DNA from: Azolla caroliniana
Taxonomy: Eukaryota; Plantae; Polypodiophyta
Assembly: GCA_043228905.1 (NCBI GenBank)
Contig: JBHGNT010000003.1
Location: 17,732,001 to 17,796,000 of the forward strand
Length of the DNA stretch: 64,000 nt
Direction of reading: 5' to 3'
Below are positions 24,485 to 36,190 of this stretch, one piece after another (positions within the stretch are counted from its first letter, which is position 1; each line of letters begins with the position of its first letter). Under the pieces are notes generated by a model, which did not search any database, was not told the DNA's origin, and saw only the letters and a program-made list of their open reading frames with translations. Both the position numbers and the translations under genes were made by a program.

Positions 24485-24502
24485 TGGTGAACTGGACGTG
24501 AA
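24485..24502 (+). promoter_or_regulatory. primer binding site of I, probably tRNA-Trp
   Basis: TGGTGAACTGGACGTGAA matches 16/18 of the complement of the plant tRNA-Trp 3' end as I recall it (TGGTGAACCCGACGTGAA). Confidence 0.65.
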
Positions 24503-24523
24503 CAGGTGGCAGAGGAGTAGAAG

Positions 24524-25996
24524 ATGAGGGGGTCGGACCTTGCAAAAGCCATGGCTTCGGCCGTAGACCGTATAGTGAGTGCGCGCGAAGGCACCGACGC
24601 CCTTGATAGGGCTATTGAGACGGTTTTCGGTACGATCGGCCGGTTTAGTGGAAAGGATGCCACGAGCTGCTTGGCGTCCTACCGGGCTGAGATGGTAATG
24701 AGGGACATTCCGGAAGAGAGGTGTCTAGCCGGATTCCCTCGAGTGGTGATGCCGGGTATCCATACGGAGGTGCTCGAGGTATGGGCCGAGAGCCGGACCT
24801 GGGAGGAGTTCGAAGGTCCGCTCCTCGAAAAATACGGGCTTGAAGATGCGCTTCGACTTTCGAAGCGGGACTTCATGGAGTGGGTGGAGACCCCCGACAA
24901 AGGAAGGAATGCGCCAGTGCTCCTTCGGGAGTTTGAGGAATGCTTCGCGCGCCTCTCAGTGCTTGACCGGACTGTTCTGGACACAAGCCGTGTCTTATTG
25001 TTTGTTAAGTCGGTTGACGAGCGGGATCGGGAGCAGGTAGGCCTCCTATTGGAGACTGATGACGGGCTGACGGCTGACTGGGCCGTAGTGAAAAGGGTCT
25101 GTGGCCGTTTCGACAAACGGCGGGAATGGGCTGACAAAGGATCGACAGGGGCAGGCTCTGTCGCAGCAAGGAAGCTCGAGCCAACACCACCAACGCGAAG
25201 GGAAGAGACCCGAGATTGGCTCGAGACCGGGTCGGCTTCAACTAGCATGGTCAAGGGCTCGTCCGGGGGAGCAGCTCTAAAGGAGCTGACGCGGATGGTA
25301 AGGGATCTCCAGATCGCCCAGGCACGGAGGAGTGGTGACGAACAGGCCCGTGACCGACGACCTCTAGCTGAAAACAGGTGCATGTGGTGTGACGCGGTTG
25401 GGCACATCCGAAAGGACTGCGGGGACTTCGCCGAGGCGATGAGAAGCAACGTGGTGTACCTGTGGAATGGTCGGGTGCACGCCAGCGAAACCCGAAGGGC
25501 CCTGAACCTGAACGTCAGGCGAGGGGGTATGAAAAGGCTGATGGAGGAGGCGGCGGCTCGTCACGCGGAGACCGTCCACTACTTGGCGTCAGTTGGTATT
25601 CGGGTCGGAGGTGGCGAGGTTCCGAAGACGAACAAAGCCGGGTTCTGGCCGACGATGCTGGAAGGCCTCGACGGTGCGCGACTGAGGAAAGGAGAGGTGA
25701 ACCGCGCGGAAAAACGGGTCCGAGAGGTAATCGGGTGGAGTGACCCGGTGGAAGAAAAGACGGGCTTCTTCGAAGCCACTGGTCAAAACTACGAGGCTCT
25801 AGTAGAGGACAAGCCGGTAGGGAAAATCGGAGGGAAACTCGATTCGGGAAAAGGCGGAATGAGGCCGGTGTACTCGGCGCCCAGGATAATCCCAAGAAGG
25901 GCGGGTACCGGTTGGGCACAGAAATCGAAAGATCCACCGACTTGCGAAAGGTCCTGGAAGAACGAATCCTCGACAGCAAGGTGGAACTGTCGCTGA
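24524..25996 (+). CDS. gag: Gag of element I (CCHC zinc knuckle; C-terminal part frameshifted)
   Basis: 490-aa ORF, the longest in the window, starting just after the PBS; GRFSGKD, TWEEFE and CMWCDAVGHIRKDC motifs. Confidence 0.85.
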   Translation: MRGSDLAKAMASAVDRIVSAREGTDALDRAIETVFGTIGRFSGKDATSCLASYRAEMVMRDIPEERCLAGFPRVVMPGIHTEVLEVWAESRTWEEFEGPLLEKYGLEDALRLSKRDFMEWVETPDKGRNAPVLLREFEECFARLSVLDRTVLDTSRVLLFVKSVDERDREQVGLLLETDDGLTADWAVVKRVCGRFDKRREWADKGSTGAGSVAARKLEPTPPTRREETRDWLETGSASTSMVKGSSGGAALKELTRMVRDLQIAQARRSGDEQARDRRPLAENRCMWCDAVGHIRKDCGDFAEAMRSNVVYLWNGRVHASETRRALNLNVRRGGMKRLMEEAAARHAETVHYLASVGIRVGGGEVPKTNKAGFWPTMLEGLDGARLRKGEVNRAEKRVREVIGWSDPVEEKTGFFEATGQNYEALVEDKPVGKIGGKLDSGKGGMRPVYSAPRIIPRRAGTGWAQKSKDPPTCERSWKNESSTARWNCR

Positions 25997-28900
25997 GGGA
26001 AGTGCTTGGGATCGCAAAGAAGGAGTTCCACGACTCCATCGTAGACTTGGTGAAGAGGAAGAGGCTGTTGACGGAAACAGAACCGGAGAGGCCGGTGGAG
26101 GTGCGGATGACGCACATAAAGGACATGGTGCTGGAAGACGAGTTGGCGGAGAGCCACTATTCGAGGCCGCACTGGGCCAGAGCGACCACGGAGACCCCCG
26201 TGAAGATCGGAGATGTTCATGAACTAGCGGTAGCGTTGGTGGACCACGGTTCAGAAATCAATTTGATGTCCATGGACTTCTATAAGAAGGGAAAATGGCC
26301 AATCAACACCAAGCACGGGTGGAGCCTGCCCGAACGTACGAGTAAAGATTGGCGATGTCGAGATTGACCAGCTCTTCTTCGTGCAGGAGACATCCTCACA
26401 TCCGGTTATACTCAGAGAACCGTACATCACGGCAGCACGAATGGAGACCAAGGTGCTGGACAACGGCTCGGCCTATGCGAGGGTCAAGAGCCAGGATGGG
26501 CGCCACTCGGTCGAGTTCCTGACGGTGAGGCCAAACCATGAGCGGAACTGTGAGACCCTCGGGGGCGAAAGCCGAGAGGATTTTTAGAGAGGGCTATCAA
26601 GGCGTGGGGCCGCGATAGTCCGGACACTCCGGGAAAACCCCACAAATGTACGATAGCGGAGAATGCCTGTACTATAAGTAGGAAGTTTTGGTTCTCCGAC
26701 AACGGAGGGTGTACGATAGTCGACGTTGTTGGATGAAAGAAGAAGAGGGCAGAGGAGCGAATTCGGGCATGTGGTATCCTCGGCCTTGGAGAGGAAATCG
26801 ACGGAGCCGTGGAGGCGGTCTCTTTCGACGATACCTTAGGGGAGCTGCGGGAGGTATTTGGAGGAGTCCTTAAAGAGGACCGGACGATTCCGGTATGTTC
26901 GGAAAGGATGTACGAAGTCATCGCGGACTTCAGTAGAGGGCTCGAGTCGGATTGGACGGCCTCGGTGGACACGAGGTACAAGACTGTGGACCGGAAGGTG
27001 AGGCCAGTCGCGGCTCCCTTGCCGGAGGACAGTGAGTTGCGAATAAAAGGGGTTGCGTCGGACCCGAGTTTACGAAATCCAGCCCGCATAGGACACACGT
27101 TCACCGACATAACGCTACGGGAGCTCAAGGTTGGTGGGGGCGGCTTCCTACTACCGGCGGAGGAGGACCGGTTTCGGAGAATGCTCGGAAGGCACGGGAA
27201 GGCTTTCGCATTCTCACCGGAGGAGATCGGGTGCATAGACCCGATAGTCGTGGAACCGATGGTGATATTCACGGTACTGCATGTGCCGTGGAGTCTCAAA
27301 CCGATTCCAGTACCCAGAGCTCACATCCCGAAGCTGATGGAGCTATTAAAGCAGAAGGTCGAGATGGGAATCCTCGAACCGTCCAGTGCCCCATACTCGA
27401 ATCGGTGGTTTACCGTGCCGAAGAAGGATGGCACGCTGCGCTTTATTCAAGACCTGCAGCCGGTCAACAAGGTGACCATTCGATATGCGGGAATCGGACC
27501 GACAATAGACGAGTTCGCGGAGGCCTTCGCCGGAAGGTCAATTTTCTCGGTTGGTGATCTCTACTCGGGGTACGATCAGTTCCAGCTTGCCGTAGAGAGC
27601 AGAGACATCACGACAATGTGAACTCCTCTCGGCCTAGTACTGATGTGTACCCTGCCGCAAGGAGGGACGAACTCGGTGGCTCACATGGTGAACGCAATGA
27701 ACAAGGTGCTGAGGGATTGTATCCCAGAAATCACCATGCCGTTTTTGGACGACGTCCCGATCAAGGGATACCCGGTGGAGGAAAAGGACGAGATGATCGG
27801 ACCGGATGGGTGCAGGAAATTCGTGGCGACGCACACCGATGACTGCGAGAAGGTGCTATAGAGGTTGGAGGGTGCGAGGCTCACCTTCTCCGGGGGAAAA
27901 TCGGCCTTCGGGCAAGCAGAGATCATGGTCGTCAAACACCTATGTGGGTCGTACGGCAGGAAACCGTCTCCGGCTAAGGTAGAAGCCATCTCCCCGATGA
28001 AGAACGACTATAGCTCGGTCACGGAGGTTCGGAGGTTCTTAGGAGCGTGCGCGTTCTACCACATATGGATCCCGCATTACGCTCACGTCGCAGAGCCATT
28101 ATATGGGTTGTTGAAAAAGGGGCGAAGATTCGAGTGGAAAGACGAGCATACGGAGTTTGTCCGGAAGATGAAGGAAGCACTTGCCGCGGCTCCGGCGCTC
28201 CGAAAGGCTGTCTACGGAAAGAGCACTCCAATTGACGTAACAGTAGACGCGAGTCCGACCGGGATTGGATGGGTCGTCAACCAGGAGGACGAGGACGGCA
28301 TGCATTTCCCGATCCGGTTCGGCACGAAGGTCCTCAGCGAGCGACAACGAGGATACGCCCAGGTTAAACGCGAGCTCTGGGGTATTGTTTCGGCGGTAAA
28401 GGCCGATAAAGACTACCTGATCGGCGGTAATTATCGAGATGGACTGCCTGCCGATTCTTGGCATGGTTTCCGGATGCGCGACGCCAGACCTGGCAATGCT
28501 CAGGTGGATAGCATACATCAAGTCCCTGAATCTGGAAATACGACACATTTCCGGGAAAGACAACGCCATGGCCGACATGCTTTCAAGGGCGAGGTTCGAA
28601 AACGACGGCGGCATGGTTTTAGAGGACGAGGAAGTCGGCGTGGACTTCTTCGAGGTGGCTTACGTGACAACCAACGGGGAATGCTCTCCGACACTTAACG
28701 ACTTCGACGAGAGCAAGTACGATGGGGAGTGGCTGCAGATCGGCGGGTTCCTGAAAACAATGACATCGGATGTGGTATGGACAACGGACGAGGCCAACCG
28801 GGTTCGGAAGAAAGCCTACCGATTCTTTCTCTGGGACGGATACATTTGGAAGCACCCGAAGAAGAGGAACGACATCCCGCTCCAAGTGGTGGCGAAGAAG

Positions 28901-30066
28901 GAGGAACAGGAGGATTTGATGGCGGCGTACCACGATAGCCCGTGGGCTGGACACCGTGGAACGTGGGCCACATTCTAAAAGCTAAAGGGGAAGTACTGGT
29001 GGCCGGGACTATACCGGGACGTGCATCGGTTCGTGACGACTTGCGAAAGCTGCCATGTGCACTCCATGATCCGACATCGGGACGAGCTTCACCCGACCTA
29101 CCCTCTGACCATCCACTTCAAGTGGATGGTGGATTTGGTGACGGCGCCGATGGGGGTAGGACAAATGCGGTATCTGGTGCTGGCTCGGGAAGATCTAACG
29201 AACCAGGTTGAAGGCCGAGCCCTGTAGAACAAGACGACGGCAGCCATGTGCCGGTTTTTGATTGAGGACGTAGTATGCCGATACGGGTGCGTAGGGAAGA
29301 TCGTGGCTGACCGTGGTGAGCTGGACCAGAAGAGGCCGAAGAGCTGTTCGACCGGCTAGGAGTCAAACTTTCGCTCACCACAGCGTACAATCCGGAGGCG
29401 AATGGGAAGGTGGAGCGCGGACACGGGCCAATTGTCAAAGCACTAGTACGGGCGTGCGGAGGCCGAGTTGGGGACTGGCCACGGCTGCTACCTTATGCCT
29501 TGTGGGCGGACTGGACTACGCACAGTTCGATAACCGGGTTCATGCCGGCCGAGCTGATGTTCGGACAGAAGCCGATCATGCCAACAGAGCGAACGATCTC
29601 CTCGTGGGCCACGGTGGACTAGAGGGATGAGATGAGCCGGGAGGACTTGTTGGCAGCGCAGATTCGACAGCTCGAGCGGAGGCCAGAAGACGTAGAGCGG
29701 GCCGCGGAGAAACTTCGGGTAGCGAGGAAAAGGAGCAAAGCCCGGTTCGACCGAACACACCGGCTCCGGCCAAGGAAGATCAAGGAAGGCGACTGGGTGC
29801 TAGTCTATGATAGCAGCCTCGACAACCAGCACAAGGCCACGCGGAAGTTTGCGAGGAGGTGGTTCGGGCCTTACGTAGTAACATGCGCCAACAACAATGG
29901 GACGTACCATCTCGCGGAGCTCGACGGTACGAGAATGGCGATACCGGTAGCGGGAAAAAGGATCAAAACGTTCAAGAAGCGACACGACGGTGAGCCGGAG
30001 CAAGGGGGCATGGACAACGACGATGAGCAGCCCGAGGCGGAGGATGAACCGGTAGACGGGGAATAA
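25912..30066 (+). pseudogene. pol: element I protease, RT, RNase H, integrase (few stops/frameshifts)
   Basis: LVDHGSEINL protease; PYSNRWFTVPKKDGTLRFIQD and FLDDVP RT; TVDASPTG RNase H; H....GH.G and CESC integrase zinc finger; WFGPY motif. Confidence 0.92.
26578..26643 (+). promoter_or_regulatory. putative -1 ribosomal frameshift signal (G_GAT_TTT + pseudoknot) between PR and RT of I
   Basis: In-phase heptamer just before the TAG at 26585; 6-nt spacer; stem 26591-26598/26614-26621; loop GTGGGG pairs with CCCCAC at 26638-26643; RT ORF is in the -1 frame. Confidence 0.65.
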
Positions 30067-32159
30067 AAGCAAGGATCGGTTTTCTCCCATAGGAACCCAA
30101 CTTTGGTGCATACCGGTGGATGCGCGGTTAGGTGGGGGCGGATGTCGTGAAGAAAACCGTCCCCAGGCGCAAACCGTGTATAGTGTGTGTGAACCGACCC
30201 TTTCACGTGGGCACATCCCTTTTTGTACGGTGGATGGGTAGGCAAAAAAGTTAAATCCTAGGTAGCAATATTCTGTAAGGGAAATCGAGGAGTATCTCTG
30301 TCCGAAAGGACAGAGAGTTAATGTGATGTAAACGGGTGAGACGGCCTCCCTCCTTGAGCTATAAAAGAGAGGGAGACGGGGAGGGAAGGGGATCGCGCGC
30401 TAGAGGGAACGAAGTGCTGCCGGACTGGGACCGAGCTCTTCTCCTCTGTCGTTCTCCATAGCTTTCTTGGCGTAGGTTCTCGAGAGGCTGATTCTGCTCC
30501 GTGGAACGCCCGTGTGCTTCCGGCAGAATCTCCATCTTGCTCTCCTGTGTGCGTGGGTGATCGGGCGTCGGCATCTGCCTTGCCGACCTGGTCGGTTGTA
30601 ACCGTTCGAGTCGTCTGCATACACGCAAGTACATGCATATTGTTACATACATACTCTAGTGTTCTCAACTCGTGTCTCCTGTGTTGTTGTGCGAGCGCCC
30701 CGTGCGCTTCTTTGTCTATATGTGAGTGAGTGTCTCTCTCTTTCTCTCCTTTTTCTTCCTCACCTATTCCTCGGTCCAAGACCCCAGTGGTCCCGCCTTA
30801 TTCTCCACGCACGAGCGTAGCAACGTGACAACGTGCCTCGAGAGCACTTTGAGATTGCCGAAGTTCGGTCATCTGTTGAGTGGTGAAACTAAGGTATTGG
30901 GTTATTTGCAAAAAATACATCTCAATGGACATTTGTCCAAGAGGATTCCCCTGATTTCCTTCAACTGGAGCGGAGGACATCGGGTCGTTATTTTGAGCCA
31001 TTAAATGATTATTTTTGGAAAAGAAATAGGATAAGCTCAAAGAGATAGTCATAACATCATGTCGTGATGTAAACCTATCATGGGTAAACATTAATCGATA
31101 TCATTACCGCACGTCAATACCCCTCTAGACGTCTGAGATGAGGTTCAAGATCAGGTTACTATGGTAAGACAAAGGTGTTTTAAAAACCATGGGGGTGACA
31201 AATAAATGTCTTTCCCTGATCTCTATATCGATTTTATATGGCGGCTCCCCGAGGCTCAACCATGTATGTTCACGTCATGAATAGTTTATACACGAAAAAA
31301 ATGTTAACAATAAACTATGTTTTGGTGCCCACATATGCGGTTTCGGCTCTTTAAGTCCTATTACGAGGACCCCGAAGTGCACTTAGACCTCAAGTCTAAA
31401 CATGTGTTATAGTCATATGTATCAACGATGTTGTATGGTCTTGATCATATTTGAACTCGAGACCCCGAGAACAAATGCATTAAACATTTGAGCCAACCAA
31501 GTAAGTTGCTCTTCTTGAATGTTTAATGTTTCATGCGTATAAGAGATATGTGAGGCATTTGCCCATATATTTTTTTTAAAAGAAACATATATGTCAAGAG
31601 TCCTTATTTCGCCCTCATTTACTACAACTATGTTGGTACATTACCTAACCTCATGTCTTGTAAGTACGATGGCATACACCAAAGTGCAACCTAATGGTCA
31701 AACCAAATGAGCCCTCTTTTCGTAGTAGGCCCACGTGGCCCATCACATGGTCACACCATTATGAATGCCGCTCGTAAGAATGATCTCATGGTGGCATCGT
31801 ATCCTTGTAATGATGGAGGGATGTTGGATACGTGTGTCATAAGAGCGGCCTCACATGAAGTGGGTCAAACCCTACGTACTCAACATCATTATGGCTATTG
31901 GTGTTTCTTTACGTAACGAAATATTGGATTTCAACAATAAAAAAAATTGTTGAAAAAAGGGATGGTGACAACATGATTCTCACAAAAATGTGAGGATGGC
32001 CACCAAGATCCTTTCCCCGAAAAGGAAAACATTCGATTTAAAATCACGTAATAACTTATATACACATATCTATATTATCACATATATACCATCAACTACG
32101 TATACACGTGACCACATATGCCTATATTAAAGAAATTGTTATATTTAATAGCCAAAAAT

Positions 32160-32435
32160 GACGTAATCGAGACACGTAATCGAGGCATATACCTCTACGC
32201 ACACGAGACATTCAAAAATAAGGGTTAATTGTAATACGCAATTGAGGTATTGACCTCTTACGCATATGAGACCAAACGCATATCATTTACAACGAATCGA
32301 GGTATTGACCTCATACGCAAACATAACATATGTTCGTGAACATAATACGTAATTGAGGTATTAACCTCGTACGCATACGACACTCATCACATATTATTTA
32401 TATGTCAAATGAGGTATTGACCTCGTGCACATATG
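32160..32435. repeat. tandem repeats (~55-60 bp) with GAGGTATTGACCTC hairpin core in H 5' leader
   Basis: GAGGTATTGACCTC or close variants at ~32181, 32244, 32299, 32356 and 32411. Confidence 0.75.
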
Positions 32436-34173
32436 TAAGCGTTTTAGATAACCAATTAAATACCACTACAACATCATTTAATGAATGAAAGTAATCTACA
32501 TATTAACCATACACATGATTAGATGGGAGAAGAAAAATAGACAAAAAATAACAAGAAAGATTACCGAAGTTCCTTGTTGATCCTTGTCTACATGAAGGCC
32601 AACTGCACAACGATCGATCGCCATCCATCGAGAAGATAAGACCAACAAAAGAAACATTAGTACATAGGCTCGAATACGAAATATTAGAGACATGTACTAA
32701 AGTAAGCATTAGATAAGGATAGAAAATAGATAAATAGATAGAAAGGAGAGAGGGAAAGAAGGGTGTTGATCCACCCGACCACCCCCGAGCGAAGGGATCG
32801 AGACGGACTCGAGCCTCGATCGGCGTCCCATACCACCGCCGTGGCGTCGAGTCGTACCTGGTGCTAGCGCGCTCGCTACAACAGTTGAGCCACCAGAAGA
32901 CAGAGTCTTGACGTAGTCAACCAGATAATGAAATGAGGGTAGCTAGGCCTCTATTTATAGCGATACCCAAGGCCCCCAACCATGTTCACACTTAGCCTAA
33001 TGGGTTGTCTCAATCCCGAGGATTTAAAAGTAATCCTCCCCTTCTTACACTCTCGTTTAACCCTCACACTTATCCACGTGTATAGAATACTATGGTAAAT
33101 TCTCACCACGGGATATTATATGGTCATGCCCGTAACAGGCCGGCTACAAAGCCGATAGAAGATCAACCTCCGGATCGGAGCAATATCCTGGAGCATTAAG
33201 AAGCAACTAACCGTCGCTCTTTCGAGCACAGAGGCGGAATACAGGGGCGCGGCAGTGGTCGCATGTGAAGCCGTATGGCTCAAAAGGATACTCAAGGATT
33301 TGGGTGTACCCATCAAGGATCCGACTTCCCTTTACTGCGACAACATGAGCAATATCTATCTGGCTTGGAACCCGGTTTTCCACGTGCGGACAAAGCACAT
33401 CGAACTGCACTATCACTTCATCCAAGAGCGCGTTCCAACTGGCGATGTCGACCTACAACACATCAGCACAAATCTTCAAACGGCTGACATCTTCACTAAA
33501 ACCTTAGGAGCCGACAAGCTATGGCAATTCATGACCGATCTCGGATTGACGATCCTTGACCTGCCAAGCTTGAGGGGGAGTACTGAAGACACTACGCAAT
33601 AACGTGTAGATTCCGCAACCGCGCACTACGCAATAACGCGTGGATTCCACAACCGCGCGCCACGAAGCCGCGAAGAGCCGATCTATCGTGCAAAGCCGCG
33701 AAGAAAGACGCAAGCCGCAGCACAGACTTCGCAACTACGCACAACGCAACCTGGAGTACGGATTCCATAACTCCGCATAAATGCGAGCGAGTCAACGCGG
33801 ACTCCGGAACGCGAGTCAAAGCGGATTCGGGATACCGTCTGAAACCGACCCGACTTGAGCTTGAGGGGGCGTGTTGAGAATCAAGCTCAACTTGGTCTAG
33901 TGTGTGAACTAAGCTTGAGAGTGAATAGACACTCCAACGGTCAAGAGTCACCATTATGTCACCACTTTGTATTCTAGCATTTAGTATGAGTCATAGAATC
34001 ATATTTTATGACACATAACTTATGAGCTTTCAGATTCCCCATGCTCCATGAGTCTTGTAGTTAATGAAGAGAGAGGGTGACTATATAAAGCACCCTCCTC
34101 CCACCTTGTACATGTTGAGTCTTTCTCCTTTGTTAATATACTTTACCTTGTGTATTCTCTGTGTCTTACACCT

Positions 34174-34175
<2 letters not shown>

Positions 34176-34233
<58 letters not shown>
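34176..34233. repeat. (TC)n microsatellite in F 3' LTR
   Basis: Pure TC run; the equivalent in the 5' LTR (11688-11728) is shorter and interrupted. Confidence 0.95.
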
Positions 34234-34236
<3 letters not shown>

Positions 34237-34492
34237 CAGACATACAGTTCATATCTATTCCGCTGCACAGAATCCGTCTCTTGATTCTTTACATATAGTA
34301 TGTAAGACTTGGCATGAACATGCTTATCATGCATCACTACATGTATAAAAAGGGTTGATCTCCCTTGTTAACATCAAGGAGATCAACACCAGTCATGGAA
34401 AATATATTTTTAGTCATTGTCATCAACTTCTCGATCTCCCTATCTCATCAACTTCTCCATCTCTTTATCTCCAATTGTTCATCTGTGACAAA

Positions 34493-34503
34493 TTGATCTC
34501 CTT
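34493..34503 (+). promoter_or_regulatory. self-priming PBS of G
   Basis: TTGATCTCCTT, 2 nt after the 5' LTR, is 11/11 complementary to AAGGAGATCAA (34376-34386), which starts 32 nt after TATAAAA (34344). Confidence 0.8.
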
Positions 34504-34545
34504 CCTTCTTTCCTTCCTTCTTTTCTTCTTTCTCAATACACTATC

Positions 34546-35960
34546 ATGTCAGAATCATCTAGTAATCTTGAGCAAATTTTGGCGGTCGTGCAACAACTCC
34601 ACACATGAGAATGCGAACTTGCGAAACTCTGTTCAAGAACTTGAGGCAGCCACAATGGTTATACCTCATCGGATTGTGGACCCTTATGCTGTAGAACCCA
34701 ATGTCAGCTTGCCAGAAAAATTCGATGGAACAAGGTCACAGGTAAGAGGTTTCATCAACCAAATCCGTCTTATTATTCGTCGTCAACCCTGACGCTATTC
34801 TGATGACTTTCGACAAGTTGGTCTCATCGGCATGTTGCTGACAGGACAAGCACAAGCTTGGTTTGCCCCTCTAGTGGAGACCTCTTCGCCTCTCTTGAAT
34901 AACTTCCAAGAATTTCTTACTGAATTTTGAGGCAACTTTTGGGGAGACCGACAAATGACGAGCCGCACTCAACAAACTATATGCGTTACAACAAAGAGAT
35001 CGTGCTCCCTCAATCTATGCATACGAAATTTGCCAGCTCACGTGCGATGTCAAGTGGAACGGACAAGCTCTCCTTGATCAATTCTGCAGAGGATTACGAG
35101 GTGAGATAAAAAAACTTTTACTTAACTTTCTTGAGCCCACATCTTTGAATGAGGCTATTTACCAACCTGTGCACTACAATAACCGTCTCTTTGAGTTCCG
35201 GCAAGAGGAACGTCCTCACCGTATCCATCCACCTTGGCTAGCCGCTACGCGAAGTCACCTACCATGGTTGATGAACCCTCCTCCCATGTCATCCTCCACT
35301 TCATCTTCAACTCTTGCCACAAATTCTAGCTCGCCAATGGAGATCGATCGAACTAGCTACCGACCATTGACTAACGCGCAACGACAACATCGACGGGCCA
35401 ACAATTTATGTCTCTATTGTGGCGGCCCTTACCATTTGATCCGCTCTTGCCCAAAAAAGGGACCGTATCAAACACCACATCGTGTGGATGGGGTTGACAT
35501 TTTCTACCAACGGGAAAACTCCAATGTCCAGTTGCAGTAGGGGTTGTGCATCTAGACCACAAGAGTCGACAATTATGTCAAGGGCCCAATCAACCAACTT
35601 CCTCAACAACAAGCTTCACGCTTCCAATCACTCTTAAGTTTGGCTATACCACTCTGAAGACAAAAGCTTTGTTGGATTCCGGGCCTATGTCGTGCTTTAT
35701 TGACATCATGTTTGCACGGAAACACAACATTTCAAGCAAAAAAATAACCATCCCGATTCCAGTTGAAGTGATAGACGGTCAAATGCTCTCTTCAAGTGCC
35801 GTCACAGATACAACAATTCCCTTGGGTCTCCACATAGGAACCCACCAGGAAGAAATCACTTTTAACCTCATCACATCACCTCGACATCCTATCACTTGGG
35901 GTTACATGGCTCGAAACTCATAATCCAGTCGTGGATTGGCGATCTCGCTCCATCAACTTC
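34546..35960 (+). pseudogene. gag: G gag and protease remnant
   Basis: LPEKFDGTRSQVRGFINQ, PMEID, RRANNLCLYCGG..H, KALLDSG and EVIDG motifs. Confidence 0.88.
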
Positions 35961-36190
35961 ACCTCGAATTTTCACTTAGAAGGGATTACGTCAACCCTTC
36001 TTCGAGCCAATGCTCCACCATTTGTTTGGTCGCCTACTCTGGTGGTTGCTCCCACTCATGTTTCGGGGACAACTCCCATTTCTGCTCCAATGAGAACCAC
36101 ATCAATGGTTCTCCGATTCCAGTTTCTGCTTCAGTGAGGACCACGTTAATGGTCGTTCCCACTCATGTTTCCGCTCCGGTGAGTACCAGG

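Larger units (their letters stand above)
23793..30830 (+). mobile_element. Ty3/gypsy non-chromovirus element I (tentatively Phygy-like), full length, youngest insertion
   Basis: 688-bp highly similar LTRs 23793-24480 and 30143-30830; 4-bp TSD ACGT; PBS 24485-24502; G-rich PPT before 30143; gag-PR-RT-RH-INT order; no chromodomain. Confidence 0.95.
19094..33137 (-). mobile_element. Ty3/gypsy chromovirus H, full length, split by I
   Basis: LTRs 19094-19549 and 32682-33137; perfect TSD GGCCG; PPT (minus) AAAGAGAGGGAGTA; RT ORF 21762-22802 (FLDDILVYS); RNase H; integrase; GPF and chromodomain ORF 19536-20126; gag ATG near 31001. Confidence 0.95.
11384..34293 (+). mobile_element. Ty1/copia element F (A/K family), full length but split by E and H
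   Basis: LTRs 11384-11786 and 33872-34293 (TGTTGAG...TTTACA); PBS TGGTATCAGAGC at 11787; gag from 11912; PR-INT ORF 16084-17184; RT 18100-19090; RNase H 33140-33600; PPT CTTGAGGGGGCG before 33872. Confidence 0.93.

Noticed and set aside
23968-24663. 231-aa antisense ORF (and its twin at 30318-30779)
   Set aside because: Lies mostly in the GC-rich LTR of I; the duplication is simply the LTR pair; no recognisable domain.
24679-27299. Long antisense ORFs opposite I gag/pol
   Set aside because: Expected shadow ORFs of GC-rich coding sequence.
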